Assembly: GCF_044339385.1 (NCBI RefSeq)
Contig: NZ_JBIIVN010000001.1
Coordinates: 1 to 46,204, forward strand
Length of the DNA stretch: 46,204 nt
Source: Collimonas sp.
Lineage (GTDB): Bacteria; Pseudomonadota; Gammaproteobacteria; Burkholderiales; Burkholderiaceae_D
Direction of reading: 5' to 3'
The translations under genes and the position numbers were made by a program. Below are positions 8,786 through 19,762 of the stretch, one piece after another. Under the pieces are notes generated by a model. That model worked only from the letters and a program-made list of their open reading frames with translations. It made no database searches and was not told where the DNA came from. How positions within the stretch are numbered: position 1 is the first letter of the stretch; each line of letters starts with the position of its first letter.

Positions 8786-10006
8786 CTAGCGCACCAACTG
8801 GTTAATTTCAATAATCGGCATCAATACCGCCAGCACAATCAGTAATACCACCACCCCCATCGCCAGAATCAGGGCCGGCTCGAGCAGGCCGGCAATCGTC
8901 AGGGCGCGGCGTTCCAGATCCTGCTCCTGCGCGCTGGCCGCACGTTCCAGCATGGCGGGCAGTTCACCGGTGACTTCGCCGGCGCGAATCATGTGGATCA
9001 GCATCGGCGGAAAATGCTTGTGTGCCGCCAGTGCACGCGCCAGGCCGACACCTTCACGCACACTGGTCGCAGCGGTATCGACTTGCTGTCGCATGGCGAC
9101 ATTAGAGAGCGTATCGCGGCTGGTTTGCAACGCTGCCAAAATCGGCACCCCAGAGCCGGTAGTGATCGCCAGCGTACTGGCAAAGCGCGCGGTATTCAAA
9201 CTACGTTCGAATTTGCCGTATAGCGGTGCGCTGAGCAGCCATGTATGCCAGCGCATCTTGGTGGCGGGATTCTTCAGGGCGGTGCGCCAGATATAGAACA
9301 ATCCAATCACTGCCGCCAACACCATCCAGCCGTAATTGCGCACAAAATCGGAGGTGGCCAGCATCATTACCGTCAACACCGGCAATTTCTGCTTGGTATT
9401 GGCGAACACTGAAACGATCTGCGGCACCACGTAGGTCAGCAAAAAGATGACGATCACAAAGACCACCACGGTGACGATGGCCGGATAAGTAAACGCCAGC
9501 TTGACTTTCTGCACCAGAGAATTACGGCGCTCGATGTAATCGGCAAGGCGCGACAGCACCCGTGCCAACTGGCCGATCTGTTCACCCGAGGCGACCAGCG
9601 CCCGATAGATTTCGGCAAAATCGCGTGGATGTCCGGCCAGCGCTGCCGACAACGAGGATCCGCCCATCACCTCTGAGCGAATTGATGCGATCAGATCGCG
9701 CTGATAAGTGCGCTCGGCTTGCTCCAGCAATGCTGTCAGAGCCTGCTCCAGCGGCAGGCTGGCTTCCAGCAGGCTCGCCAGCTGGCGGGTGAACAAGGCG
9801 ATCTCGACGGTCGACAGATGCTCGCCGAAACCCCGTCGCTGCAGGTTGCCGGCGGCATCGACTTGCTGCGCAATCTGCTCCACCGTCAGCGGTAGCAAAC
9901 CCTGGGCGCGCAGGTCTGCCCGCGCCATCTTGGCGCTGTCAGCATTGACTACGCCCTTGGTGCTGCTGCCGGCGGCATCTACCGCTTCGTAACGAAATGC
10001 TGGCAC
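8786..10006 (-). CDS. gspF: Type II secretion inner-membrane protein GspF
   Basis: MPAFRYEAVD, FTRQLASLL, ALVASGEQIGQL, YPAIV, GEVTGELPAML, LLEPALIL. Confidence 0.95.
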   Translation of the reverse strand: MPAFRYEAVDAAGSSTKGVVNADSAKMARADLRAQGLLPLTVEQIAQQVDAAGNLQRRGFGEHLSTVEIALFTRQLASLLEASLPLEQALTALLEQAERTYQRDLIASIRSEVMGGSSLSAALAGHPRDFAEIYRALVASGEQIGQLARVLSRLADYIERRNSLVQKVKLAFTYPAIVTVVVFVIVIFLLTYVVPQIVSVFANTKQKLPVLTVMMLATSDFVRNYGWMVLAAVIGLFYIWRTALKNPATKMRWHTWLLSAPLYGKFERSLNTARFASTLAITTGSGVPILAALQTSRDTLSNVAMRQQVDTAATSVREGVGLARALAAHKHFPPMLIHMIRAGEVTGELPAMLERAASAQEQDLERRALTIAGLLEPALILAMGVVVLLIVLAVLMPIIEINQLVR

Positions 10007-10018
10007 TCTGGTCCTCGC

Positions 10019-11470
10019 TTATTCTTTGGTCACACGCAGCAACTCGGCCTGCGTGGTGACGCCTTCGGCCAGCCAGCGCTCGCCGTCCTGACGCATGGTG
10101 CGCATGCCATTGCGCTGCGCCGCCTGCAAAATCTCGGCTTCGGAAGCGCGGTTGTGAATCTGCGCCTGAATCTCATCGGCGGTCAGCAACAACTCATAGA
10201 CGCCGACACGGCCTTGGTAGCCTGTATGCCCGCATTGTTCGCAGCCGACCGCATGCCAGATCTGGCCGTCGTGACGGCGGCAATGCACGCACAACTTACG
10301 CACCAGGCGTTGCGCCACCACACCTAGCAAAGACGATGACAACAGGAAGGGCTCGATGCCCATGCCGAGCAAGCGGGTTACCGCAGCTGCCGAATCGTTG
10401 GTGTGCAGGGTCGCCAGAACCAAGTGACCGGTGAGCGATGCCTGTACCGCGATCTGGGCAGTTTCAAGGTCGCGAATTTCACCGATCATGATGACGTCCG
10501 GATCTTGCCGCAAGATCGCCCGCAAGGCCTTGGCGAAAGTCAGGTCAATACGCGCATTGACCTGGGTTTGACCGACCCCGGCCAACTCGTATTCGATCGG
10601 ATCTTCCACCGTCAGGATATTAGTGCTGCTGGTATTGAGGCGCGACAGCGCCGCATACAGCGTGGTGGTCTTGCCGGAGCCGGTCGGCCCGGTGACCAGC
10701 ACGATGCCATGCGGCTGCGCGATCAGACGATCGAACTGCGGCAGCACCGCCGGACTCATGCCGAGGTGCTGCAGGTCGAGCCGCCCGGCTTCCTTGTCGA
10801 GCAAGCGCAGCACTGCGCGCTCGCCATGACCGGTCGGCAAGGTAGAGACGCGGACATCGACAGGCTTGCCGCCAACCCGCAACGTGATGCGGCCATCCTG
10901 CGGCAAACGCTTTTCGGCGATATCCAGTTGCGCCATGATCTTGATACGCGAAATCAGCGAGGCATGTACCGCTTTCTTAGGCCGCACGACATCGCGCAGG
11001 CCGCCGTCGATGCGGAAACGCACTACCGAAATCTGCTCGAATGGTTCAATGTGGATATCGGATGCGCCTTCCCGCAGTGCCTGTGTCAGCAGCACGTTGA
11101 TCATGCGGATGACAGGCGCATCGTCGGACGACTCCAACAAATCCTCAATGGCCGGCATGTCTTGCATCAATTTAGCCAGATCGAGATCGGATTCAAACTC
11201 ATCGACCACTTGCGCGGCATCGCCGCCGGCACCGGCATAGGCTTTGGCAATCGCCTCTTCCAGCGCCTCGCGCGCCATCGTGCGGAACGTCACCCGGCCG
11301 AAACGGCGGCTGACTTCAGTGATGGCGGTTTGCTGTGTGGCCTCAGAAATCCAAACCTCAACCGGGCTGTTGACACCACTGGCATCTGCGACACGCTGCG
11401 CCAGCAACGAAAAATTGCGCGCGAACGCATAGGGCAACAGACGCGCGTCGCTCATTCTGGTATCACTCAT
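10019..11470 (-). CDS. gspE: Type II secretion ATPase GspE
   Basis: [17 protein letters not shown], Walker [30 protein letters not shown], CxxC...CxxC zinc site. Confidence 0.96.
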   Translation of the reverse strand: MSDTRMSDARLLPYAFARNFSLLAQRVADASGVNSPVEVWISEATQQTAITEVSRRFGRVTFRTMAREALEEAIAKAYAGAGGDAAQVVDEFESDLDLAKLMQDMPAIEDLLESSDDAPVIRMINVLLTQALREGASDIHIEPFEQISVVRFRIDGGLRDVVRPKKAVHASLISRIKIMAQLDIAEKRLPQDGRITLRVGGKPVDVRVSTLPTGHGERAVLRLLDKEAGRLDLQHLGMSPAVLPQFDRLIAQPHGIVLVTGPTGSGKTTTLYAALSRLNTSSTNILTVEDPIEYELAGVGQTQVNARIDLTFAKALRAILRQDPDVIMIGEIRDLETAQIAVQASLTGHLVLATLHTNDSAAAVTRLLGMGIEPFLLSSSLLGVVAQRLVRKLCVHCRRHDGQIWHAVGCEQCGHTGYQGRVGVYELLLTADEIQAQIHNRASEAEILQAAQRNGMRTMRQDGERWLAEGVTTQAELLRVTKE

Positions 11471-13770
11471 CGCGTGCTATCGTTGAGAAAGCCCGGCGCC
11501 GGCGAGACGGCAGCGGGTTGAGGGATCGTCAGTACCGGCGCCGACTGTTCGGCCGCGGATGACTCTGGTGCTGCCCCTTCCAGTTTGCGCAGATCGAGGA
11601 AGGGACCGCCATCTTCCAACGCAGGCGTTACCGAAGAGCCAAAATCGGTCAGAATGCTCTTGCCGGGCTGCACGCTAATTTGTTGCTTGCGCATGTAGTC
11701 GTAGCGATCAATCGATACCCGGTTACTGGCCTCCTTGTCGCGAATGATCGTCGGCCGCAGGAAAATCATCAGGTTGGTCTTGCTGCGCGAGCCGGATTGG
11801 TATTTGAAGAAATTGCCGATGAAGGGCAGGTCCCCCAGCAGCGGCACCTTCTGAATACTGTTTGAGTTGTCATCGCCGACCAGACCGCCGAGCACAATGA
11901 TCTGACCATCGTCGACCAGCACATTGGTATCCAGCGAACGCTTGGTCGTCGTCGGGCCGTTCTGGTTGCTGGCAGTAGCCGCTATGACTGCCGACACTTC
12001 CTGTGAAATTTCCAGGCGCACCGTACCACCTTCCGAAATATGCGGCTTGATCTTCAGCGCGGTACCGACGTCCTTACGGTCGACGGTGGTAAAGGGATTG
12101 GATGTAGTGCCGCCGGTATTGGCATACGAGCCGGTCACGAACGGCACGTTCTGCCCGACGATGATCTTGGCTTCCTCGTTATCCAGCGTCATCAGATTCG
12201 GCATCGACAGTACGTTACCGCCGGTCGTGTTATTTAACGCACTCGCTAATGCTCCCAGGCCGATCTTGCCGGCGATCTGGCGAAACACGCCGAGCTGAAA
12301 GCCGCTGCCAAGGGTCGGCACAGAGGTGGCGCCAGAACCTGAGCTGACGGCCTGACCGATCGCTGTATTAAACAGATTGTTATTAATGATGCCGGAATTG
12401 GCACCGGAAAAACCGGTGCCGCCACCGACCCGGTAGGCGCTGTTGCTGTTGCCCGTCAGCGCCAGCCATTGCACGCCGATTTCGCTCGCTGCGCTGTCGG
12501 TGACTTCGACGATCAGGGCTTCCACATAGACTTGCGCCCTGCGCGTATCGAGCTGATCGATGACGCCGCGGATATTCCGGTAAACGGGTTCGCTGGCGGT
12601 GATGATCAATGTGTTGGTGGTTTCGTCAGCCTGGATGAACCCGGCAGCGCCACTGCCGCCGCCGGAAGACTGAGATGATGAATCGCTGCCGGATGATGCC
12701 GATGCCGACACCGAGCTGCCGACTGAATTGCTATTCGAACTTTGCAGCATGCTCCCCGAGTTGCCGCCTGCGCCGGCATTCTTGTTCGACGAATTGCCAC
12801 TCGGTAGCGATGCATCAGACGACACGATGGCGCGCAAGGTCTTCGCCAGTTTGACTGCATCGGCATTTTTGAGGTAAGCCACATGCACGTTACCGGCATT
12901 GGCAGTCGGCTGGTCTAGTTTAGCAATCAACGACTTTGCCAGATTGGCCCGTCCCGCCGACGGTGCGCGAACAATCACCGAATTGGTCCGCGAATCGGCC
13001 ATGATAATCGTGCGCAGGCTTTCGCCGCCACCGGCACCTGCGCCGCCGGCATCAAGCAGCTTGCTGGCAATCACGGCGATATCGCTTGCCACCGCATACC
13101 GCACCGGCAGCACATCCAGATCGCTCATGGCCGGCACATCGAGAGTGGCGATCATCTTGCCCAGGCGCTGCAGATTCTCGGCGTAATCGGTCACGACCAA
13201 CGTGTTATTACCGGGATTGGCATTGATCGTATTGTTCGGCGAAATCAGCGGCCGCAGCACCGGCAGGATATTCGTCGCCGACTCATAGTTGAGCGAAAAT
13301 ATCTGCGTCGCAATCTGGTCACCTCGAACCGCAGGCGTGCGAGCAACGCCGGAGGCCGCACCCAACTGCAATTTGGCGTCGACTTCCGGCACCACCTTGA
13401 CGAAACCGTCGCCGCGCACCACCGCATAGCCCTGCAGACGCAAAGTCGATGCCAGCAGGTCAAGCGCTTGCGCCTTGCTCAATGGTTTTTCCGAGACCAG
13501 GTTGATGCTGCCCTTGACGCGCGGATCGATAATGAAAGTCAGATTGGTGTACTGGCCGACCGCCTTGATCACCGATTCGATATCGGCGCGGACAAAATTC
13601 ATTACTGCCTGGCCGCTCACGCCCTCGACGGGGCCGATTGCAGCATTTGCTGCCAGCGCTGGCGGCACCGCGGCGACAACTGCACAGGTCAACAATGTGA
13701 TGCCTGCGGCACTGCGCCAGTTGCGTGCTGCAAATGTCGAGAGTATTGCGAGATACATTTTATCTTTCAT
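11467..13770 (-). CDS. gspD: Type II secretion secretin GspD
   Basis: [17 protein letters not shown]-domain repeats with Ser/Gly-rich spacer, [41 protein letters not shown]. Confidence 0.95.
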   Translation of the reverse strand: MKDKMYLAILSTFAARNWRSAAGITLLTCAVVAAVPPALAANAAIGPVEGVSGQAVMNFVRADIESVIKAVGQYTNLTFIIDPRVKGSINLVSEKPLSKAQALDLLASTLRLQGYAVVRGDGFVKVVPEVDAKLQLGAASGVARTPAVRGDQIATQIFSLNYESATNILPVLRPLISPNNTINANPGNNTLVVTDYAENLQRLGKMIATLDVPAMSDLDVLPVRYAVASDIAVIASKLLDAGGAGAGGGESLRTIIMADSRTNSVIVRAPSAGRANLAKSLIAKLDQPTANAGNVHVAYLKNADAVKLAKTLRAIVSSDASLPSGNSSNKNAGAGGNSGSMLQSSNSNSVGSSVSASASSGSDSSSQSSGGGSGAAGFIQADETTNTLIITASEPVYRNIRGVIDQLDTRRAQVYVEALIVEVTDSAASEIGVQWLALTGNSNSAYRVGGGTGFSGANSGIINNNLFNTAIGQAVSSGSGATSVPTLGSGFQLGVFRQIAGKIGLGALASALNNTTGGNVLSMPNLMTLDNEEAKIIVGQNVPFVTGSYANTGGTTSNPFTTVDRKDVGTALKIKPHISEGGTVRLEISQEVSAVIAATASNQNGPTTTKRSLDTNVLVDDGQIIVLGGLVGDDNSNSIQKVPLLGDLPFIGNFFKYQSGSRSKTNLMIFLRPTIIRDKEASNRVSIDRYDYMRKQQISVQPGKSILTDFGSSVTPALEDGGPFLDLRKLEGAAPESSAAEQSAPVLTIPQPAAVSPAPGFLNDSTR

Positions 13771-14555
13771 GATTTAAACTCTAATCCGATAACATTCTTG
13801 CCGTTGATCTGGCGACGTTGGCCCAACAAACTCAGTAACGTGGCCAACTTTTCCTCTTGCCCCGCTGCCGCTTGCGCGGTCCCGGAAAACTGCAAATGTC
13901 CGTTACGAAGATTGCCGCTGCCGTCGAGCAGCATTGCTCCGCTCAATGTCTCCAGCATTAACCCGGCATCGCGCTCGCGCCAGTCGAGATGCAGGCGATA
14001 ACTGCCAAGCGGCTTGACGGGCGACAAACGCGAGGCCATCGACAGCATCTCGAGCGTCATGAGGCCGTTCATATCGATGCCGCCGCCACTGCGCACCAGC
14101 TCGATCTGCTGCCACGACAGCGACATCTTGCCGGACGGCTGTAGCGTATTCAACGGCGCCCCAAGCGCCGCCAGCCGCTCTGCCGGCAATGCCAGGCTGG
14201 CCGGGCTGATGCTCCAGGCACTCCAGCTGCCGCGCACGGTCACCGGCTGCGACAGCACTTGCGCATTTTCCAGCGATGCATCCAGCCGCCCCACCAGTAC
14301 CAGCGGCGATAAGCGCCAACTGAAGCGTCCCGGCAACAACGCCGTCACCGCTTCCCGCCCACTTGGCGCGGCGCCGACAAATGCCGAGCCGCGCCATAGT
14401 GATCCCTGCGCATCGCCCAGAGTAATGCGTCCCTGAGTCTGGCTTTCCAGCAACGGCGCCAGCCACGCCGCCGGCAAAAATGCCAGCACGGTAACCAGCA
14501 CGCTCAACAGCGCCGCTACCGCCCACATCACTGTCATACGAAGCCGCAACATCAT
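13767..14555 (-). CDS. gspN: Type II secretion protein GspN
   Basis: N-terminal TM, FLPAAW, GSLWRGSA, PLGSY; lies between gspM and gspD with an overlapping junction. Confidence 0.85.
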   Translation of the reverse strand: MMLRLRMTVMWAVAALLSVLVTVLAFLPAAWLAPLLESQTQGRITLGDAQGSLWRGSAFVGAAPSGREAVTALLPGRFSWRLSPLVLVGRLDASLENAQVLSQPVTVRGSWSAWSISPASLALPAERLAALGAPLNTLQPSGKMSLSWQQIELVRSGGGIDMNGLMTLEMLSMASRLSPVKPLGSYRLHLDWRERDAGLMLETLSGAMLLDGSGNLRNGHLQFSGTAQAAAGQEEKLATLLSLLGQRRQINGKNVIGLEFKS

Positions 14556-14618
14556 TGACCCATAACGCTAAAACACAAACCGTGATTGGTCTGCTTAACA
14601 GGCGGCGTATTGCTGCGA

Positions 14619-15158
14619 TTATTCATGCTTCTGCTGCCGCAACGTAAGCGATGCATTGACTGTACCGGGCTGGACATTGGCCCCGCCTGGCGCGCTGATG
14701 TTGGCTTCTACCACTTGCCATTGACTGTTCTTTTGCGCATTGTCTAACCAATCGAGCAGGCCGGCAAACGCGACACCGGACAACTGCACTCTGGCCAGTT
14801 CGCCGCTGAGGGCGACGCTTTGCGCACTCAGCCCCTTGACTTTCAATGCCATCTCCACTGCATCCTTGGTCAGCGTTGGTGCGGTTCGCTCAGCCTGAAG
14901 ACCAGTCAACGACGCCGCCCTGGCGGTCAGCGCTTGCAGCTCGGCAGCCTGCTGACGCAGCACCGGCAAGTCTTTTTGCAAACGGATGCGGCCGCTCCAT
15001 GCTGGTTCGACCAGCAGCAGATAAATGCATGACAGCACAATCAATGCCGCAGCGGCGCCTAACAGACCACGCTCGCGCTGATTCCGCTGCGCCCAGTATG
15101 CGGCCGCCGGAACGCGAATTTTTCCCCAGGCCTGTTGTAACGGATTAATTGCCGACAT
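14619..15158 (-). CDS. gspM: Type II secretion protein GspM
   Basis: WAQRNQRER followed by a TM, VEPAW, FAGLLDWL; TGATG overlap with gspL. Confidence 0.85.
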   Translation of the reverse strand: MSAINPLQQAWGKIRVPAAAYWAQRNQRERGLLGAAAALIVLSCIYLLLVEPAWSGRIRLQKDLPVLRQQAAELQALTARAASLTGLQAERTAPTLTKDAVEMALKVKGLSAQSVALSGELARVQLSGVAFAGLLDWLDNAQKNSQWQVVEANISAPGGANVQPGTVNASLTLRQQKHE

Positions 15159-16438
15159 CACTTGCCACTCCCGATTTGCCATACGCCGCTAGCCGGCTTG
15201 CTCAATGTCAGTTGGTTTGCCTGCAACGCTGCCTTGATTTGCGCTTCGACAGCATCTGCATCGGCGCCATTTTTCAGGCGTACCAGTAAATGGCGGTCAC
15301 GATATTCGAGTCCTGCGATAGCGCTGGGGTCGCTGCTTTGCGGCACCCCGGCCCAGGCTGAACCGAAAGCCGCTGCCAGGGCGATGAAATCATCCGCCGC
15401 CAGTTGTCCGCCGCTGCGCTCAACCGCTGCGATTTTTTGCTTGGTCTGAGCAATCGGATCGACAATCACCGTTTCCTTGGGAAACGCCAGGCGATAGTTT
15501 TGCATCATGCTGGCGCGCAGGCCGGCGGCTTCGCGCCGCATACGCAACCAGTCGTAATTCAAGCTGCTCAGATTCACCAGCAGCAATGCCGCCGCCATTA
15601 CCAGCGGCCAGCGCCAGCGACGCAAACTGAATTCGGTGCCGGCCGCGCTGGCGGTCAACCCGCTCATCAAGTCGATGCCGTCACGCGACAACTCCTGCGC
15701 GCCCGCAATCCAGTGCGACCAGTCATCCGGCTGTACCGTAACCTGTTGCGCATCCAATGCCTGATATGCAGCAACGCTGGCTTGCGGCACATACACGATC
15801 AGCGCTTGCTGCGGCGCCACCGCAGTCAGCCCGGTCAACACCTCAGATGCCACCGATTGCGCCGCGAGCGGCGCCAGCGACCAGCCCAGCCCCTGATCTT
15901 TGGTCGTCCGCAGCGCCACATCGATATCGCCACCATGATCGGTAATCGCGGCAACCGACGTCCCCGGCTCACGCACTGGCAGGCACAACTGGCCAGGCCT
16001 GGCTTGCAATTGATTCGCCCCCAGCGCGCGCAAGGTCTTCACCAGCAACTCCAGCCAATCGCGCTGCACTACCGCAATCAATCTCAGATTATCTGCCGCA
16101 CGCCCGCTAGCTTTAGGTTTGCGGCCCGCAACGATGACGCAACCGGCTGGATCGGCCAGCAGTTGTTCTTCCACCAGATTCGGTAACGCCAGTTTGAGCT
16201 TGGCGTCGCTAAGTGGCGGCACTGGCAAATGCAGCAGGTTGACATCGGCGGCGGCCAGGATCATCACCACCCGATTGGCGGCGGCGATCGGCTCGGCCAG
16301 GCCGGAAAGTTGCTCACTGCCCTGGCGCGCAATGCGGCCCTGATCGGATACCAGCGCGAAGCGGCAATCCGGCATCGGCACCGCTGCCGCACTGTCCAGC
16401 GTGGCTCTGGCAGGTATGCGGATGTATAAAGTGCTCAA
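15158..16438 (-). CDS. gspL: Type II secretion protein GspL
   Basis: MSTLYIRIP, LKLALPNLVEEQL, single TM after WRWP, FPKETVIVDP. Confidence 0.88.
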   Translation of the reverse strand: MSTLYIRIPARATLDSAAAVPMPDCRFALVSDQGRIARQGSEQLSGLAEPIAAANRVVMILAAADVNLLHLPVPPLSDAKLKLALPNLVEEQLLADPAGCVIVAGRKPKASGRAADNLRLIAVVQRDWLELLVKTLRALGANQLQARPGQLCLPVREPGTSVAAITDHGGDIDVALRTTKDQGLGWSLAPLAAQSVASEVLTGLTAVAPQQALIVYVPQASVAAYQALDAQQVTVQPDDWSHWIAGAQELSRDGIDLMSGLTASAAGTEFSLRRWRWPLVMAAALLLVNLSSLNYDWLRMRREAAGLRASMMQNYRLAFPKETVIVDPIAQTKQKIAAVERSGGQLAADDFIALAAAFGSAWAGVPQSSDPSAIAGLEYRDRHLLVRLKNGADADAVEAQIKAALQANQLTLSKPASGVWQIGSGK

Positions 16439-16452
16439 AACGTTTTACCCAT

Positions 16453-17454
16453 TTATTGTTCTCGGACCCACACGATGAAACTATTGGAACGGTTACCGAC
16501 ACGTTGCAGCAAGGATACGGTATTGAGCCCTGCCCGCCCCATGCGAATCTTGCCGTTGATTAAAAAAAAGTTGCTGGCGACGCTGACCAGAAGCGCATTG
16601 GAGGCTTCCGAAAAAGACTTATCGAACAACTGCGACATTTGTTTCGACAAGGAAGTCGTGTCCCGAAATGGCGCCGTGCGACGCGCCGCCACCAAGGTGT
16701 TCGCCTCGCTCAGAGACAGATTGGCAAATCGAGCGGCCAACACCTCCGGCGCTGCCGTGTTGACATTAATCGGCGTCGGCGCCGCCGAACTGGTTGGCAG
16801 CAGCACGACAAAGTCCTGCAACTGACGCACTATCTCCGGATCAAAACCGGGCAACGCCAGCAGATCGTCTACCTGCACCATTTGCAGAGTGGTGCTGGCG
16901 GAATTGCCGGGCGTTGGCGACTGCTGCCCGGCAGGCGCCGGCGCTGTCAGCGATTGGCTGCTGGCGACCGCCTCCGCCACGACGCTGGCCAGGCTGGTTG
17001 GCAAGTTCAGATTGGATAAAAGACGCTGAAACATCAGTAACTCGGTCGGACTAACAACACCACTGACACTCAGGTTATTCAGGTTGTAACGCGACTGCGC
17101 GTCAACTATGTTGCCGGACAGCACCGCATCGCCGGCGTCATCTGCCGCTTGCGCATCATCGGCATACTGGCCGAGGCGTGTTTCGGCCAGCGGCGCCGCC
17201 CACGGCTGCCCCAGATCATCGTAATCGAACTGGCGCCCGCTGGCGCGCAGGATCATGCCAGCCCAATCGAGCGCACCACGCATGATCCATTCTTTCTGCA
17301 ATTGCAGCCGCTGGTTTTCTATCAAGCGCACCTGGACCTGCTGCTGCCAGAACAGGCTGGCGACAATGGTCACCGCCAGCGTCGTCAGCAACAAAGCGGT
17401 CACCACCGCCACGCCGCGCTGCCTGCATCGGATCTGCACCGGCAATCTCATCAT
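16453..17454 (-). CDS. gspK: Type II secretion minor pseudopilin GspK
   Basis: RQRG-VAVVTALL, DAQSRYNLNNL, INVNTAAPEVL; ATGA overlap with gspJ. Confidence 0.9.
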   Translation of the reverse strand: MMRLPVQIRCRQRGVAVVTALLLTTLAVTIVASLFWQQQVQVRLIENQRLQLQKEWIMRGALDWAGMILRASGRQFDYDDLGQPWAAPLAETRLGQYADDAQAADDAGDAVLSGNIVDAQSRYNLNNLSVSGVVSPTELLMFQRLLSNLNLPTSLASVVAEAVASSQSLTAPAPAGQQSPTPGNSASTTLQMVQVDDLLALPGFDPEIVRQLQDFVVLLPTSSAAPTPINVNTAAPEVLAARFANLSLSEANTLVAARRTAPFRDTTSLSKQMSQLFDKSFSEASNALLVSVASNFFLINGKIRMGRAGLNTVSLLQRVGNRSNSFIVWVREQ

Positions 17455-18107
17455 GCACCCCCCAGCAGAAAGGTCTTGACCATGCTGCCGCTGTGGCTGC
17501 GTATCTGCAACGCGACTTGCAGGCCGACCCATTGATTGGTTGCGGCGCGGCCGCTTTCGGGGTCCGCAGTGGCCGCCGGCGGCGGGCGCCAGCCTTGGCC
17601 GTCGCTACCCCATAATTGCATCTGCATCGAGTCAAGGTCGGATTGCAATGCCACCGCTTGGGTATTATCGGGATTGTCGCCGGCGTCGTTCAGTGCACTC
17701 TGCCAGAGGCCATCGATGGCGCTCAGATCGCGCGTTGCTATCGATTCCTTGCGCGTCAGCACACCATTGCGCAGGCGATAATCGACCACCTGAACCAGTG
17801 TCGGCTGCTGTTCTGCATACACCAGGCGCACGATAAGCAAACGATCCTGCGCCGCCAGCAAGGTCTGACGCCCGGGCATCAGGCTGGCTGGCGCCAGTTG
17901 GTCGCAATCGCTTTGCAACTGCGCGAAAGTCAGTTGCATGCCTCGCGTCTGCTCCATTTCAGAGGTCAATGCGATGCGCGAACGGACAATACCGTCGAGT
18001 CCGCGCCAGCCAAGTATCGCTACCATCGCCAGGATGGTGATGGCGATGATCATTTCCACCAGCGTAAAGCCTGAAGAAGATTTTGGCGGCATCATGCTAG
18101 CGTACAT
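17451..18107 (-). CDS. gspJ: Type II secretion minor pseudopilin GspJ
   Basis: Prepilin motif G-FTLVEMIIAITIL, WRGLDG. Start is 18107 or 18095. Confidence 0.88.
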   Translation of the reverse strand: MYASMMPPKSSSGFTLVEMIIAITILAMVAILGWRGLDGIVRSRIALTSEMEQTRGMQLTFAQLQSDCDQLAPASLMPGRQTLLAAQDRLLIVRLVYAEQQPTLVQVVDYRLRNGVLTRKESIATRDLSAIDGLWQSALNDAGDNPDNTQAVALQSDLDSMQMQLWGSDGQGWRPPPAATADPESGRAATNQWVGLQVALQIRSHSGSMVKTFLLGGA

Positions 18108-18489
18108 TAGGCACCACCTGCGATAACTTAACGATGCGACGTTCGGCATTGACGGCATCAAACACCGAGACTTCGACGCGCCGGAAATACGGATTCGGCG
18201 TGCCCAACACACGCTCTTCGCAGCGCAGTTGCAGGTCATCCTGCGGACACTCGAAAGAACGGTTGCCAATCTCCGGCCACTCTTGGCCGAGGCGGATTTG
18301 TGTCAGGCGATTTTCCGCCGACCAGGTCGCCATCATCGCCGCCCGCAGGCCTTCGCTATTTTGCGTCAGGCTACCCACAGCGCGCAGGCTAGCACCCAGC
18401 GCGGTGCCGACGATGACCAATGCAACCAGTACTTCCAGAAGAGTAAATCCGGCTTTGCGGCGCTGACAAATTGTGCGCGGGATGGGCAT
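18097..18489 (-). CDS. gspI: Type II secretion minor pseudopilin GspI
   Basis: G-FTLLEVLVAL, ATWSAENRL, TPNPYFRRVEVSV. Confidence 0.92.
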   Translation of the reverse strand: MPIPRTICQRRKAGFTLLEVLVALVIVGTALGASLRAVGSLTQNSEGLRAAMMATWSAENRLTQIRLGQEWPEIGNRSFECPQDDLQLRCEERVLGTPNPYFRRVEVSVFDAVNAERRIVKLSQVVPNVR

Positions 18490-18493
18490 CTAT

Positions 18494-19006
18494 CTATTCA
18501 ACCGAAAAATGACCAATGCCATCGGCACGTATCACGGCGCTGGCGTCGCCGCTGGCCATGGTCAGGGCGAAGGGCTTATCGACCGGCTCGCGGCCGAAGA
18601 TGATACGCAGAGAATTGGAAGCGCCATTTTGTGGCGCAGGCGGCGTCATCGATAACTGCATTGGCGTGCGTTTGAAATCGCGCTGACGCAGCATCTCATC
18701 GCGGGCCAGCGGCTGCCAGCCGTTTTCTTCACGCACCAGGAAACGATAGCCGTTGGTATCGGCTTCAAATGCTGTCGGCCGGTTGCGCAGAATCGCCTCT
18801 TCGCGGATCAGCTGCAACAACAGCGCGATACGTTGCGCATCGTTCTGCATGACCTGGCGGTCGCTGCGGAAAGCATTGAGCGAGACCGCGCCAAGCGTAA
18901 TCCCGGCGATGACCATCACCACCAACAGCTCCAGCAAGGTAAAGCCGCGGCAGGTAACCGCTGACACCTGGCGCTGACGCAATTTGCGATGCGCCACAGC
19001 CGACAT
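18494..19006 (-). CDS. gspH: Type II secretion minor pseudopilin GspH
   Basis: RG-FTLLELLVVMVIAG, AQRIALLL...REEAILR; TAATG overlap with gspG. Confidence 0.88.
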   Translation of the reverse strand: MSAVAHRKLRQRQVSAVTCRGFTLLELLVVMVIAGITLGAVSLNAFRSDRQVMQNDAQRIALLLQLIREEAILRNRPTAFEADTNGYRFLVREENGWQPLARDEMLRQRDFKRTPMQLSMTPPAPQNGASNSLRIIFGREPVDKPFALTMASGDASAVIRADGIGHFSVE

Positions 19007-19470
19007 TACAGATCCCACGAGCCAATATCGGCGTCGACGCCTTCCCCGCCTGGCTGACCGTCGGCGCCGCACGAAAACACGTCGACATCGCCTTTAATGC
19101 CAGGCGACAAAAATTGATATGGATTGCCCCAAGGATCCTTCGGCAGTTTGTCGATATAGCCACCGACTTTCCAACCGTTGGCGGCCGGACCGCTGGTCGG
19201 CTTGGCGACCAAAGCCTGCAACCCCTGGTCTGTCGTCGGATAACGCTGGTTATCGAGCTTATACAGCTTTAACGCCTGCATCAGCGTGCTGATATCCTGG
19301 CGTGCGGCCTGGATTCGCGCATCGTCGGTGCGCCCCATCAGCTTCGGCACAACCAGTGCCGCAAGAATACCCATGATCACAACGACCACCATAATTTCAA
19401 TCAGTGTGAACCCGCGTTGCATAGCAGTTGCAGAGCGATGTCGAATGGACGGGTACGTTGCGTTCAGCAT
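19006..19470 (-). CDS. gspG: Type II secretion major pseudopilin GspG
   Basis: QRG-FTLIEIMVVVVIMGILAALVVP, LKLYKLDN..YPTT.QGLQAL, LPKDPWGNPY; AAGGA RBS upstream of ATG 19470. Confidence 0.96.
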   Translation of the reverse strand: MLNATYPSIRHRSATAMQRGFTLIEIMVVVVIMGILAALVVPKLMGRTDDARIQAARQDISTLMQALKLYKLDNQRYPTTDQGLQALVAKPTSGPAANGWKVGGYIDKLPKDPWGNPYQFLSPGIKGDVDVFSCGADGQPGGEGVDADIGSWDL

Positions 19471-19627
19471 TTCTTTCCTTATCAAAACACTATGGCCATA
19501 GTTGAAAAGGCCGATTATATGCCGCAATCCTTGCCTGCTGACATGAAAAATATACTTAATTCCACAGAGTGTATCTAACGGGATTTTGTCATTATTGTGA
19601 CACATAGAAATGGTACTAATTACTGCA

Positions 19628-19660
19628 CTGATTCCGGCCTGATCCCGGCCTGACTCCGGC
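19628..19660. repeat. Three imperfect 11-bp tandem copies
   Basis: CTGATTCCGGC CTGATCCCGGC CTGACTCCGGC. Confidence 0.75.
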
Positions 19661-19717
19661 ACTCATTATTCCAACCACTGCCGTCAGATTGCAGTGCGGC
19701 GCCACGCCGCAGCATCA

Positions 19718-19745
19718 CACACCGGATCAAGCACACCGGATCAAG
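19718..19745. repeat. Perfect 14-bp tandem duplication
   Basis: CACACCGGATCAAG x2. Confidence 0.85.
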
Positions 19746-19762
19746 ACTTCTTTCGACAGCGA

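Noticed and set aside
10403-11521. 372-aa plus-strand ORF
   Set aside because: It is antisense to gspE; long shadow ORFs are expected in high-GC coding DNA.
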